The translations under genes and the position numbers were made by a program. Source: Chlorokybus atmophyticus (taxonomy: Eukaryota; Plantae; Mesostigma and Chlorokybus algae). From it: a stretch of 64,000 bases of DNA. Below are positions 26,326 through 39,899 of the stretch, in pieces. A model generated the notes under the pieces. That model did no database searches, was not told where the DNA came from, and was given only the letters and a program-made list of their open reading frames with translations. The first letter of the stretch is position 1, and each line of letters starts with the position of its first letter. The DNA lies in the NCBI GenBank assembly GCA_009103225.1, contig RHPI01003124.1, positions 420,409-484,408 on the forward strand. The letters are read 5' to 3'.

Positions 26326-27899
26326 GAGTGGTGGTACCTTGCTCTAGTGCTGCTTCGGCTCCCTTCTCACCCTTCCTTGTCTTCATGCATATGAAGCTGT
26401 GGTTGGTGGGCGTTTTATCGGTCTGTTGCTTGCTTGTGCATCACCACCCTCTGCCCATGTTCGCGTGCTTGCTTGCACATGTAGTCATGCCTATGCCTGG
26501 TTAAGGTCATGTCCTGAGTCAGTGCTGGTTTTGTGTGGGTAGTGGTGGTTATGATAATGTACTGAGTTAGTTCTGGTGAGAGATATGAGTGGCTGGCGGG
26601 AATGCAATCAGGCATTATCCGGACATTACCGTTTGGCAGATGCAAGGCACAGTGTTTGCGAATGTCTGCAGCCCTAATTAGCCGGTCATGTGACTGTCAG
26701 ATGCCTGTGCTTCTCACCCGGTCTCCAAGAAACAGGTGGTAAGAAAGAAAAAAGCATGGTGGCGGTGCAGCAGCATATGGCACCAGCGACGTCAAGGATG
26801 GCGTGGGGGCCAAGCACTTAGGCGTCCTATCCGTCCAGTCCGGCTTGCGATGGCTGATGCTGCTCAAGCCCGGACCAAACCTGTACGTCCGCTCCCTCTC
26901 CATACGCTCTGCAGGTGGTTGTCCCCTGCTTGACGTCTGCGCTGTTCCTCGCACCACTCCCCTGCCTATTGTTTGAGGGTCGTAGCATATGTGTTACATC
27001 GTGTCGTAGCTGAAATAGCTGCATTCACAACTCTACATTGGCCCTCACTACTGATTGCTGCATTTGCTGTGTGAGTTTTTTCACTATGTGCCTTGCATTG
27101 GGCCCCTTACGCGCGAGTTGCTTGTCTGCAACTCCTATGTTTGCTATGTGGATGATTTGGCACGCACGCACGCAAAAGGATATGAGCTATTGGCAAGCAG
27201 ACACTGGGGTAGTGAGATACATGCATCATGATTAAAATGTTGTGCACGCGATATGCAAGTTGCACATGTTGCGCACGCTACCCATAGGTTTGTGTTGTTG
27301 GTACGCCACTTAATGATCATACACTTTTTATCGCTGGACACAGCCATCATGCAAGCTTGCGGTTGCTGAAGCTCGTGGTCTTGAGAATGTTACGTCCATC
27401 ATTGGTCCACATTTGCAATATGCAACTCCCAGTGCATGACCTCCTTATGAAGGCCTTTTACAAAAGCAGCAATAGAAGGGTGTGTGTACACTACCATATC
27501 ACAACCATGGGCACGCAAGCCACGGCCCCATGCTGCCAGTAAATCACAGGCTGGTTAAGTCGTTGATTAGCTGCTGCTTGACACGTGCATTGCATCGCAT
27601 ACAGGACACTTTAAGTGGTACAGGACACGTAACGGCCCTGTGTGTGGGAATTGTGCCGGTGTTGGTGGTTCCTCACGTGAACACAAGGAGCCCTGTGCAG
27701 TCCCATATAAGCCCTCAGCTAACCCCTCCACTTACCACATCCACATCACTTCCCACACACTGCAACATAGCATCTCGCCCAACACCCCTATCAACATGCG
27801 AATTGCGTTCTCGTTGGGATTTCTTATGTCGGTAAAGGACTTGAGCTAGATTATCTTGAGATATGACTACATGCAACGCAATAACAGAGACACTTTGTG

Positions 27900-29700
27900 G
27901 GCTGGTTGTAGGCATAGGTTGGTTATGCTTGTAGCAGCATATGTAGACAATACTGTCTGTTAAGTTCTGTGATGGGAAGGTAGATGAGGAAGTTATTGAG
28001 TGAGGGGAAGCGCATTTGGCGAGTTATAGTCAGTGTAACCGGACATCAGCGTAACCCAAATCTAATGGGTGTCACTGGGGCTTTGTTGGGAGTTGTGAGT
28101 GGAGGAGGACTGATGGAAGGAGTGGGCAATCCATGTGGCAGCCAAGAGCTGGTCAGGAAGAACTACTCATCATTGAAGGCGTGGATCAGAGCTAGAGCTG
28201 GAGGAGAGCAAGTACCTTTTACTATGGTCTGGTGCATACCTGGTTAGTTGTGCTAGATTTTAACATATGAGTTATATTGTTGACTTGTTCATTGTATAAG
28301 TAGTATGACTGAACAGATGTAGCTATCTGGTCAGCGAGTTACCATACCAAATTTCAAGTGCCATAACACTAGTGCTTTACATCTTCATGTTGTATGCAAT
28401 TGGTGCCTTAGCTAAGATTCTTGTTGTGAGCGTGTGACACTGGCACATACTATCATACCTTGTTTAGCAAATTCATCTACAAGGAGGAGGGCATCACCAT
28501 CGTGTAGCATGTTCACTGTACATGTAGCTGGACATGTTAGTGTATAAGCAGATAGAAGATACATTGCGCGGGGTTGCAGTGTCATGTATAAGTAGCAGCA
28601 TGGTGGACATGTGTTAGGGTCCGTATCGAGGTGACATGGCAGTTAAAGAGACGTAGCGCGACAGATTTTTAGCGACCATTGTATTACATTTTCACATTAC
28701 CCGCCACGACTTGCACGCGATTGACCTGTTAGGCTTATATTTACAACAGCAAATACAACAGAAGCAGTGCACATACCTATTGTTGCTATTCCAAATTCAA
28801 TAATGACATGATTAAATTTGTAACATAAGCAATTTTGCCCTACGCTATCTTGAATCTAAAATCAAGCCAAAACATGTACAGCATTGAGCGTTTTATGGTT
28901 ACATAGCTGCCGTGCCGCCAATATTTAATAGAGTGGGGCGAAATTGGAGTTGTGTAATTGGTTGTTGACTACACGACAACACTTAACGCACCCAATCCAA
29001 ACCGTCAGTATTGCACCCATCACAATGTCCTAATGTCCAAATCATGTAGTAATTTATATTGGTGTCCATTATAAAAAATTTACAGATTTGCCCAAGCATT
29101 GAGAATAACGTGGGAGCAAAGGTTATTATTAGGTTCAACACTTATGCTGTATCAATTTTTGATGTTTAATTATACCCCTATATTATAAGGATGACGTTAC
29201 TCATACCGTGCCGCAGCATAAAAGCGGAAGCATTAGCACCCCATTCATCGCGTGAAGGGCTTATTACACCCCAATGCTGCACGATTGATGATATCCTATT
29301 GCGTGATGTAAAACGGTAAACATATTGTTTTCATTAATGCATTATTGTTATTGCAATGTGCGGTATATACAAAACAATGGCATCACAATTTATCATCATG
29401 CCCTTAAATTACGCAAAAAAAGATGTATATATTTCGTACGGTAAATTTTAGGATATATACTTGAATGTATACAGCAAAAATGCTTTGCAATCAACGGATA
29501 ACATCATGCAACACATGAGTCTCACTGAAAAAGTTTTCGTCACCTTAGCCTAATAGCATTATCAACTCTATAGGGGTAACATAGTGGTTATTGATTGTGA
29601 ATGGCACGCTTGAAAAAGCGTACCTAGCGTACCTGGTAGATTTTTCAATCACCTTCAAGATTGCAATGTGAATGCATCGGGTGGCTGGCGATGAGCGTGA
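27900..29700. other. AT-rich, ORF-poor decayed segment of unknown origin
   Basis: Visibly more AT-rich than the flanks, with stops in all frames. Only a weak Walker-B-like LLLVDEF on the minus strand near 28490. Confidence 0.45.
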
Positions 29701-31469
29701 CGGTAACCCGATCGACAAGATTCACAGCCTGACGGAACGGGGCAAACGCGCGTCAGCAAGCGAGAAAGGTGGGCCAACTTGTCCTGGACAAGTGATCACT
29801 GCGGATCACTGCGGATTTACCGGATCCAGAACCTAGTGGCTTGCAGCGCGTGCCACAGCTGCCACTGGCAGCCTGCCAGTGCCATGATGGAGTCGTGCTC
29901 GCACTGCGCATCAAGCAATCGATCAACCGACGTCCAAACAATGCTAATGTACCGAACTCCGCGCAACTGACTAGCCATTCATAACCTCAGGAATGCTGAC
30001 ATCCTCGAGTCCACAACACCAATCATTGCACACGGCAGTTTGAGGTATGAAGTTCCCTTGTACACATAATAGGTTAAACCTGAGCTTCAGTCGTGTGTCA
30101 TGGGCCATGAGTCATGGCATGACAGTCATGCTACAATTATACCGGTAATCGAAAAGTCATGACTTTTGAAGTCTTGACCCGGAAAGCCGCTCGGGTCAGA
30201 CCCTAACCCCATGAAAGCGGCGACCGGTAGGCACTGGCCGGCCATGACTCCTAGAACGTGCCGGTCACCGGCTATTCACTCAAGTATATATGAGATTTAC
30301 AGCCACGCTTGCCGGTTTGTTGGAATTGCCATGAAGGCCGCTGGCTGACAAATGGCAATACACCGGCCATGCGTTACCAATAAGGTACTGATCGGCCCTG
30401 GCGTTACTCGATAAAAATTAGCATGCCGCGCGTAACGCCAAAAGTGCTGCCATATGTGGCCATGATCATGTCATACGTCGGATCACTTCAGGTGTCATGG
30501 CGTGTGAATGTTGATGCAATGCGCATGCGTACGTGTCCAGAGTTCAAAGGTCACCAGCATTGGGTTCATTGAGCGTGCTGGTAGGGTGAGACCTTTTACT
30601 TTCCGCTGGTATCAGGAATGGAACACACAGTCAGTAAGTTTAGCCCGAGCCAGGCCAGATGGTGTCTGGTAGGAGGTTCATGACTTGTGAACCTCCTACA
30701 CATTGCGCATGCTGACACTGACTCCACTGTCTACGAGGGTACATCATGCGCAATTCGCATTTGAAGTGCAAATGAAGGCCCATCACTTTGCATGACACAA
30801 GTTCATGAAGCCCGGAAGGGTCAAGGACTACCGTGCGCATCGTAACACTGTGTGCGGAGGTCGTAGTCGTGTAGCCGATTACATCGTACCGTTACTGGTC
30901 TCAGGCTGGGGATTGCTCGGCCTAGATACATGTACCGGCAGAGTTCTGAAGCAACACTCATCGCGATACTAGGCTGTAGGGTACCCTCAAGCTGGCCTTT
31001 CCGTATCGAATGGTTCGATCGGCCGTGCTCCCCAAGCATCGTCAATGCAACGCGCCTAGTCGTCGCACGCTGGCCACAACAAAAGAATTCAGCGCGCGGC
31101 TTGGGCGGTAGCGGCGCCGGCGGCGGCGGGGGGAGCGGCGGGAGCGGCGGCTGGGGGCGTCAGGACATTGTTGCTGTTGTTGCCATGCAGCTCGTAGGCG
31201 TCGCGCTTGGAGGCGCCCCTTGCTCGCTGTGTGTCTGTCTGTCCCCTCCACAATGCCAATGGCAGCGGAGGGACTAGGTGAAGGTGTAGTGGTTCTGCTT
31301 GCACTGAGACCTGACTCTGTCACGGTAGTGTGGGAGGGCAGGCTACAAGCTCTGGTGTAGCACCAACAACTCAGTCTAGCTACTGCAGCAGTGCAATAGT
31401 GGAAATCCACGTGACAGTGTGGTGAAGCTGGTCGTAATTGTTGTACTGTAGCTGTAGCTACGCACCGGG

Positions 31470-34400
31470 ATGGAAGAGGCTGCGGCGCAGCAGTTGAACG
31501 CTGCTGCCGCCGCCGCTGCGGCGGCGACCACTCTCTGCAACTGCAGCTGCGTGACCCCGTCGCTGCTGTGGGGCGCAGTCCTGTACATCTTCTCCGCAGG
31601 TGGGTGTTGGTCGTCAGATTTGACTCAGAGAAATGGTCCTTAGCACAGCTAGCCATCACACATCACAAGTTTGTTGTGTCAAAAAGCAACAGGTTGGTCA
31701 ACAATGACGTCCCCCTCCCNNNNNNNNNNNNNNNNNNNNNNNNNNNNNNNNNNNNNNNNNNNNNNNNNNNNNNNNNNNNNNNNNNNNNNNNNNNNNNNNN
31801 NNNNNNNNNNNNNNNNNNNNNNNNNNNNNNNNNNNNNNNNNNNNNNNNNNNNNNNNNNNNNNNNNNNNNNNNNNNNNCCCCCCCCCCCCCCCCCCCCCCC
31901 CCCCCCTATAACACCTGCATCGAATAGCCCTTGGGTAGACTGCTAGCATACACACAGCCGTGACGCACCTCTCACCCACTGCAGTGGCATGCGTGGGATT
32001 TTCCTACTTGTTCTCCGTCAGCACCATCAGTTTGAGAGATGGGTGGAAGCTGTCGGCCTTTTCCCCGTGGCTGGTGGTCAGACTGCTGTTCTGGCTCAAG
32101 CCTGAAGTGCTCGAAAAGGTCCACCACCACAAGCAGAAGCAGCAGCAAAAACTGTTACCTGAGGTGAGGTCCTGTTGTGTGCACTGCACGATGATGACAC
32201 GCATTGAGGGTTGCAAAAAGGAGCACACATGGGTTGAGTGTGGTCGCTCATGGTCGATGTGTGCAGTTGGAGCAGCAGTCAGAGTTGAAGAAAGAAGTGC
32301 AAGCTTTGAATACGGAGATCAAGGCGCTCAAGTGGGAAAGGGAAATGTGAGTGGATTCGACAGCATCATAGGCCTCTGCAATGTGTGCCTGAGCCAGCAC
32401 AGTACCAACGTCAATCCGGTGGCAGGTTTTGTGCGGCGCTTCCTGGATCGGTTTGCAAGTTTGTTCTGCAAGCCAACGGCAGTGCGCGCATCCAGTATGT
32501 CTCATCGGGCGGTCTTTGCCTTACTGGCTGCACTCGTGAGGAGATGGAACAGCTGCTTCATATACACCCGGCCGACAGAGTAAGCATTGATAGCGCCCCA
32601 TCACTGTCTCATGTGGCAGCTGCAAGTTGTTGTGCAAATGTGATGATGACTTCAATGGCAATGATGAGAGCCTGCATTGCCGCGCAGCCGCGATACTACA
32701 AGCGGTTGGTTGAGTGTGGAGAGGCTCTGGAAGTGTACAAGAGTGAGCACCGGTTGCAGAGACCGGACGGAACGGTATGCGCGCGTGCACGCATCAATGT
32801 TCACAAAGGGGCATCCAAGTGAAGGTCTTGCTTTGGTGACTTTGGCAGCTGGTTGGCAGGTGAGATGGGTTCGCGCTCATGCCATACCACAACCGAAGGA
32901 CGGTGAGGGCAATCAGCTGTGGTTCTGCGTCTCTGTGGACTCCAGCGATATACAGGAGGTGTGTGGTGTTGGCCCTTCTTTCACTGGTCACTCCGTCACA
33001 CGTGTTGACAACATTCTTGCCAAGGCTCACGTGTAGCAACCTTGCAATCACTAATGAATCGATGTCTTGTGCAGGCGCAGGTAGCATTGCGTGTTAGTGA
33101 GGAGAGATTGGCACTTGCAATGAAAGGAAGCACGGATGGGTTGTGGGATTGGGACATGGTGCAGAACCAGGTGCGCTGAGTCTACTGTTACGAATAGTCC
33201 GCTTACGGGAGCTGTTCCTTGCTTGCTTGTTCAACCGTAATTGATGCAGCTGGTTCTGACCACGCAGTTGTACCACTCGCAACGGTATTCAGAACTGTTG
33301 GGTTACTCCTCGGAGTGCCTGGTCAAGGCGTCCGTCCAAGACGGCCGCGATGTGCCAATCAGCCTGCACGAGGATATTGGAATGCACCCGGACGACGTCC
33401 CTGCGGTCACTGAACGCCTCCGGGCTCACTTTGAGGACAACAAGGAGTATGGTGAGACACACAAAAAGTGCAACGTTGCAGTGTCGGAGCACCAATCAGT
33501 GTAGCCACGTGAATTTGACCGCACTTGTGGCTTGCGCAGACACCGAGGCCCGCCTTCGCTGCGCTAACGGCGAGTACCGCTGGTTTCGCGTGTGCGGCGC
33601 GTGCGTGCGGGACGTAGATGGCAAGCCTGTGCGTATGGCAGGTGCGTTCTGTGTCATAGTTTTTGCAATATGCTTCTCGCTGCTGTTGGCTTAACGGCCC
33701 TTGTGCACAGGCATTGTCACCGATATCCATGCTCGCAAAGAGGCGGAGTTTGCGCTGCAGGAGGCAGTGAGCGCTGCGAAGAAAGCATCGCAGGCCAAAA
33801 GTACGCATGCGTGCAAAGAATGTCAGTTGCTCGCTTGAACAACATATTCACCCCCGATGCTTGTCTTGTCCTTAACAGGCCAATTCCTCGCGTTGATGAG
33901 TCATGAGATCAGAACACCGTACGTGGCTCATTTCATGTCATTGCACCAAGAGCTGACATGACATACAATGAAGCTCTTGCACGATGGTCCCGTCCGTCCA
34001 ACCGTGTGCTGATCTTCTGCTCTTGGCTCAGGTTGAATGCGGTGACCGGGTTTTCGGCGTTGCTGATGAACACGGAGCCACTCAGCGAGGAGCAGAGCAG
34101 CTACCTCACCACCATCCGATCGTCCAGCGATGCGCTGTTGACGCTTGTCAACGACATCCTCGGTAAGGAAGATGTTCCGCTCCCAACAGCAAGCATTGCT
34201 TGACGCACATACAAGTCGTCTCTTGCATGTGGTATTACCGCTCAGCCTGCTTGTCTGTTGTTATTGTGCAGACTTCTCCAAGATTGAGGCTGGCAAGCTG
34301 GAGCTTGAGAAGTCATGGTTTGAGGTGGCAAGTGTCGTGGAGGAGTCCCTCGACTTGGTTGCTGCACAGGTACGCGTGTGGTTGGTGACAGCACTACAGC

Positions 34401-36794
34401 CGACTTGTTGTTTGTTGAGACAGAGACACTGACACGCCACCACTCAGGCGTCGTGCAAAGGGCTTGATGTGGCGTACCGCGTGGCGCGCGATGTGCCTCC
34501 CGTCGTGTGGGCGGATGTCTCGCGCATCCGCCAGATCCTCGTCAATCTCGTCAGCAATGCCGTCAAGGCAAGCCCTTGACTTGGACACTTTTGCCCTCCT
34601 TTGGCCCCTGTCATAATCCTTCCTCATGCACGCTTTGTGCTGATGTTACATGCGCAGTTCACGGCCGAGGGCTCTGTTCTTGTGGAAGTCCGGTTGTACC
34701 ATGGCGAGGACGCCAAAGCCGAAGACAACATTCCAACGGACAACGAGCGCACCGCACCGGCGGGCAGCACGACGGGACGAGGAGAGGATAACAACCAGCC
34801 TGCGTGTCGCCGCGTGTCCGTCTCGCATTCGAACAACAAGCATGTCATGCTGCAGTTCACCGTATGTGACGAGGGTATAGGTGCGTGCATGTGTGTGTTC
34901 ACCATGCTCATGTCCACCTGTACTGCTGTGTACTTCATTGAAAGGCTACATGTGACGTTGCTGCTTGGCAGGCATACCCGTGGACAGGCAGTCCCTGCTT
35001 TGGGCGGCATTCTCGCAGGTGGACAGAAGCACCACGCGCGTTTACGGCGGCACCGGCCTTGGTGAGTGTCATTTGGTTATTTTGCTTCTTGAGTGGTAGA
35101 CATTCTTCCGGGTGTTATGTGCTGATCATGTGCGCGTGTAGGACTGGCAATTGTCGCGCGGCTGGCAAGCATGATGAACGGCAAGGCGTGGGTGGAGAGT
35201 GACCCGCGCGTCAAGCCTGGCGCCAAATTCCATGTCACCGTCAACGCAGCGATTCCCGATACTCCACCCCCGGAGGCGACCACTGTGAATTCGCTCTGGG
35301 TTGAAGCACATCTGTTTGTGGGGCGCAAGGTTGCAGTGGTAAGGAGCACACACATGCATGCGCAATCATACGCACGTTCACACGCACTCTCTGTCTGTCT
35401 CACTACTACTACTTTCTGTTGCACAATCTGGCTGCATATCGTAATCTGCAATTGCGGTGGAGTTTCCATGTCGTAGGCAACATTGTCTCTGATCCGTGTT
35501 CATGGTGGCAGCTGGCGGCCACAGCAACTTCGTCTGTGGTGGCTGACTTGCTTCGGCGCTGGGGCAGCCAGCCAGTGGTGGTCTCCAACTGGCAGGAGCT
35601 GTTGAGCTTGCACCACAAGGAAACCATTGACACATGCATCCTGGTATGTGCACGCGCAGTGTGTGTGTTGGTTGTCTGTTGCGCTTGCATGCCATTTTTG
35701 CAATGGTTGAGAGTGTGTATTTGCAACTTGACAGGATCAGCAAGTGCATCCGCATTGTGGCCTGGCCGAGTTGACAAGCGACACCAAGGTGATCGCGCTC
35801 ACAGCGCATGGGCAGAGGCAAAACATTGACAACAGCATCAACAAGAATAACAAGATCGCCACGTACATCAACAAGCCTGTGAGGGCTTCTCAGGTAGCCG
35901 TCTCATGAAGAAACACTCTTAGGAAATACTGCGGAGGCATGCACAATTGGTGATTGTGCCAGCTGAGAGCAAGGCTTAACATCGTTGTGTTTGGCAGCTG
36001 TTTAATGCGCTTCAGAGTTGCTTGTTGGACGTACACAAAGCGCGCGACGAGTGCAGAAGACCGCCCTCGTTCCTGCTCGATGCCACCACCGCCACAAGGG
36101 AACCTTTGAAGATACTCATATGCGAAGACAATGTACGTACACAACTCCTGCTATGTGTTGCTTGTGGGTGCTCAACCCAGCTGAAATCCAGAGCGCCTTG
36201 CAACCAGGTTGTGAACCAACAAGTGCTGAGGCGGTTGCTGATGAAGCTCGGGTATGCTTCGGAAGTGTGTGCCAACGGGTTGGAAGCCGTGCAAGCCACG
36301 CAGCGTCAACATTATGACGTTATCCTCATGGTGAGCGCTGTGTACTGCTTTCAACTCTGTCCTTTGTATTGGTATAATAGTCGTGGTGTTGACGTGTCTG
36401 GTTGCTGTGCTTGGCAGGACTTGAACATGCCTGTGTGTGACGGTTTGCGAGCGACAAAGCTTATTCGCAAAGAGCACCGCAGTATCCCTGTGATCGTAGC
36501 CGTGACGGCCGCCGCCATGCTTGAGGAGAGGGACCTCTGCCTGGACAACGGCATGGACCTGTACGTGTCCAAGCCCATTCAACCCCGTGCACTCACTGAA
36601 GCACTCACGCGCTGCTGCGACCTCCTACGCCAGCGGCGGGTAAGAGACTTGTGGCACTTGTTGTTGCTTGATGAGTTGCTTTGAGGAACTCTCTGCACAC
36701 GTGTGTTTGTCTTTCTGATTAGTTAGCGTGTTGACGCTACTGCATTTGTGCATGGCAGGCTGCACTGGCAGGCGGAACACATGCAGGCTCGTGA
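31470..36794 (+). CDS. Hybrid histidine kinase: TM segments, PAS/PAC x2, HisKA, HATPase_c, degenerate REC, REC
   Basis: [19 protein letters not shown] (PAS), [12 protein letters not shown] (H box), [17 protein letters not shown] (N box), VCDEGIG (G1), YGGTGLG (G2), KILICEDN...[14 protein letters not shown]...YVSKP (receiver). About 20 GT-AG exons; one intron contains an N gap. Confidence 0.93.
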
Positions 36795-36899
36795 TAAAGC
36801 CCGCGCACCCCTCCCCATCCACTGCGTGCGCATGCGCTCAGAAGCCACCGTTGCAGTGTTGCTGTTGATGTAGTGGTTGTTTTTAGTTTCTGCTATAGT

Positions 36900-38900
36900 C
36901 AACACGTTGTTGGCTACTTGCACACGCAACGGCAACTGGGCTCTGCACCGCCAATGTTGCCAGCAGGTCAGAAGGTAGTGGTTGATGCATGACTTGGTCA
37001 CTTTCTTGTGCCAAGAACTGCACACCTTTGCGGGGTTCTTGTACAAAACTTTTGGCGGAGTATTATACGCCTTGTAGCTAGGTTGGTCTTGATATTACTA
37101 AGATATGGGTAAGATACAAGGCGACGGTTGTAGTGCTGGCGAAGAGATGATATGCTGTTGATTTTTGTTGCCACTTTTAGAGAGGGTTTTGTTCTTGCGT
37201 TTGGAAGGTGCTGGCTTGATATGAGTTGCAAATATACAATGTCGCTTACTAACAGGTGTGATAACCACAGAAAATGATTATTATTTTTGCTCACAATGCG
37301 GCATTTGCAACAATGGTGAGAAGATGGATACTATTGTCACAAGAGCATGGGCAATAGTTATGATAGGTCATTACAAAGCACATATGCGTTACAAGTCATT
37401 GATGACGATAATCCTGTATTATGAAGGCTATGTGCTCGGTGGTCACGAGCATGATCAATGATGACTTAGATAGCTCAATGCTATGCACATAAAGCTTGTT
37501 GTGCAAATCTTTGTCTAGATTTTGTGATATTGCGATTGCAAATGTGCAATACCAATGAGCGTGCGTTTGTACTGTACTGCAAATGCTGTCTTTAAATGCC
37601 TAATTGTGACATGATGTCTAGCTATACTAAGGGCTGTTAAGCAACATCTTAAAAGGTATTGCGTTTTGGATGCACTCGTCCATAATTGTAATGGTTGTGT
37701 GTCGGACACAATGAATTATGGTATCCATTTTATTGCAAGGACACCAAGATTATGTGTCACACGGAAGGCAATTGGTTAATGGTATGAGCATGACGCCAAG
37801 TGTACTATACACTTGAAATGGAAATTGCGAAACGTTGAACATTGCTTTTTTGTTGACATTATGACTTTGCGCAATAGCTCGGGTAGGGTCATACGTATGA
37901 TGTAACATAGCCTTAACCACTAGGCTATGGCAGAAAGAGTTGAGGCCATAGGAGGAGCCACATGTCTCATATATGCCCCATCCCATATATGTTACATATA
38001 AAAATATACATTAATTAAGTACACGAGGCATAACACATAAAGGTTGCACGTGGCAAACCTAAAAACACTTGACGGGCACGCGAGCAACAGATCAGCCATG
38101 CGAATACTTGGGGGCCAAGGCAGAGCTATGCAGAGCCCACCATAACAAGGTCAAACACAATTGGACACTAGACTCTGAGACCCTTAAGCAGCAGCAGGTG
38201 GGCTTGTGCATCTGCAAGGAGCAAGCGAAGAGAACCAAAACACGCAACTATCACCTGCAGAGCGTAGCATATCAATAGGTTATGGATAAAAGTCAGGCGT
38301 TGTTGTTTTTCTGTGTGCAAAGGCGTGATGATCAAATGATGTAAGTTGAGGTGATGATGGTATGTAATATGTCAACTGATAAAACCCAATTTATTGCCTT
38401 TATTGTAATCCATAATGATGATGTCTATAAAAGTCATCAATCAGGTCATCAACGTTACTATGTTGTATACAATTATATTGCTTTGCATATGATATCAAAC
38501 AGCGCCATGACCAATATATCAGATATTTTGACCATGTACCATCTACGGCACACACACTTGAACTTACTTTCACTTTGGGCAAAGTTGTATACTCCTATAA
38601 GCATGTGTAGCGTGATGTTATGGCACTTATTTGCTGATTTATTACGCATGGTTACGTCCCATTGTAAAATGTATATATATTAGTTTGATATTGTGTTGAA
38701 TACGAAGCATGCCTTGCAGGCAAGCATTGTAGTAACTCCAATAGAGTATTTGTAGAGTAAGTGATTGATTGCATGCACCTTGATTGACACTCTACTCAAT
38801 GATATGTTATGCTCAACCTCATACACATTGGCCGGTTGCTAAATTTCGGTTGGTTGCTTAATTTGCGCGCCACGTGATCATTGTGCTTGTATTCGCACTT
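36900..38900. other. Second AT-rich, ORF-poor decayed segment
   Basis: Abrupt composition shift after the histidine kinase gene; stop-riddled in all six frames; no recognisable domain. Confidence 0.45.
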
Positions 38901-39103
38901 CAAAGTTTAAAAACCTTTTTGATTGTTTGTTGGCGTACTCACAAGCACAACAGCGGCACTGCAGGTTCTAGGTCACACTAGCGTCACCTTGTGTAGCTTG
39001 CTATGTTGTCTTTGTCAGTTGGTCAACCACCCACAATGTTGTTGCTTGCACTTGGCGGCATCAGGCCACTACGTAGTCAGCTCTTTAATGTATGTAAATG
39101 AAA

Positions 39104-39105
<2 letters not shown>

Positions 39106-39172
<67 letters not shown>

Positions 39173-39211
39173 AAAAGGGGTGTGCTACTGTGTGTGTGTG
39201 TGTGTGTGTGC
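39106..39211. repeat. (GT)n microsatellite, interrupted
   Basis: Direct reading. Confidence 0.95.
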
Positions 39212-39899
39212 AAACAATGCTACGACGCAAATGGAAAGGTGCGCGCGCCACGCGCTCGTGCGTGTACAAAAGATGGTATGCTTGTAGGATTGCGTGCGTA
39301 GTGTCGCATTAGTCATGCATGTTGTGACGCACATCATGCAAGCAGTCAGTTGCAGTCACATTTTCGTTTCCCCACCGGGCTAAATCTATGTACTTCTTCA
39401 CCAACTACGTTGGCTACCACTTTAATGCATGCGTGGCTGTATGCTCGATCATCATCTATGGACGTGTCTGTACTCTACGCTAGTACTGTACTGATACGCA
39501 AAATGTATCCACATGTTGGCGCACGCATGGCATAGCTTGTTATGCATTGTTTTACAGATTGCACGCAAATTTCATCCACCCCACTAGACATTCCGCAACA
39601 CAACAAAAACATGATGTTCCGCCTTGTAATTGAACATCAAGCGCACACAACCCATACTCAAAGCTTGTACATCAACAGCTTAGATGACATGTGTCAGTCA
39701 CAGAAATAAAGTGCCATTCAGCAGACTGATGCCTGAGACCTTGTAAACTGAAACTGCATCAACAATAAGTAAGACTGCATTACACAGCCTTACAAGCGGC
39801 GAATGTCTAATGCTGCAATAGAGGCTATAGGGAGGGTATGGCTGACAAGGCCCAAAATATGTATGCACCAGGCAGAAGGGAGAGTGCTTGGAGGTCAAT

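Noticed and set aside
28470-28520. P-loop NTPase or Crinkler-like gene from the LLLVDEF motif
   Set aside because: A single short motif with no Walker A or supporting exons; kept only as part of the unidentified AT-rich island.
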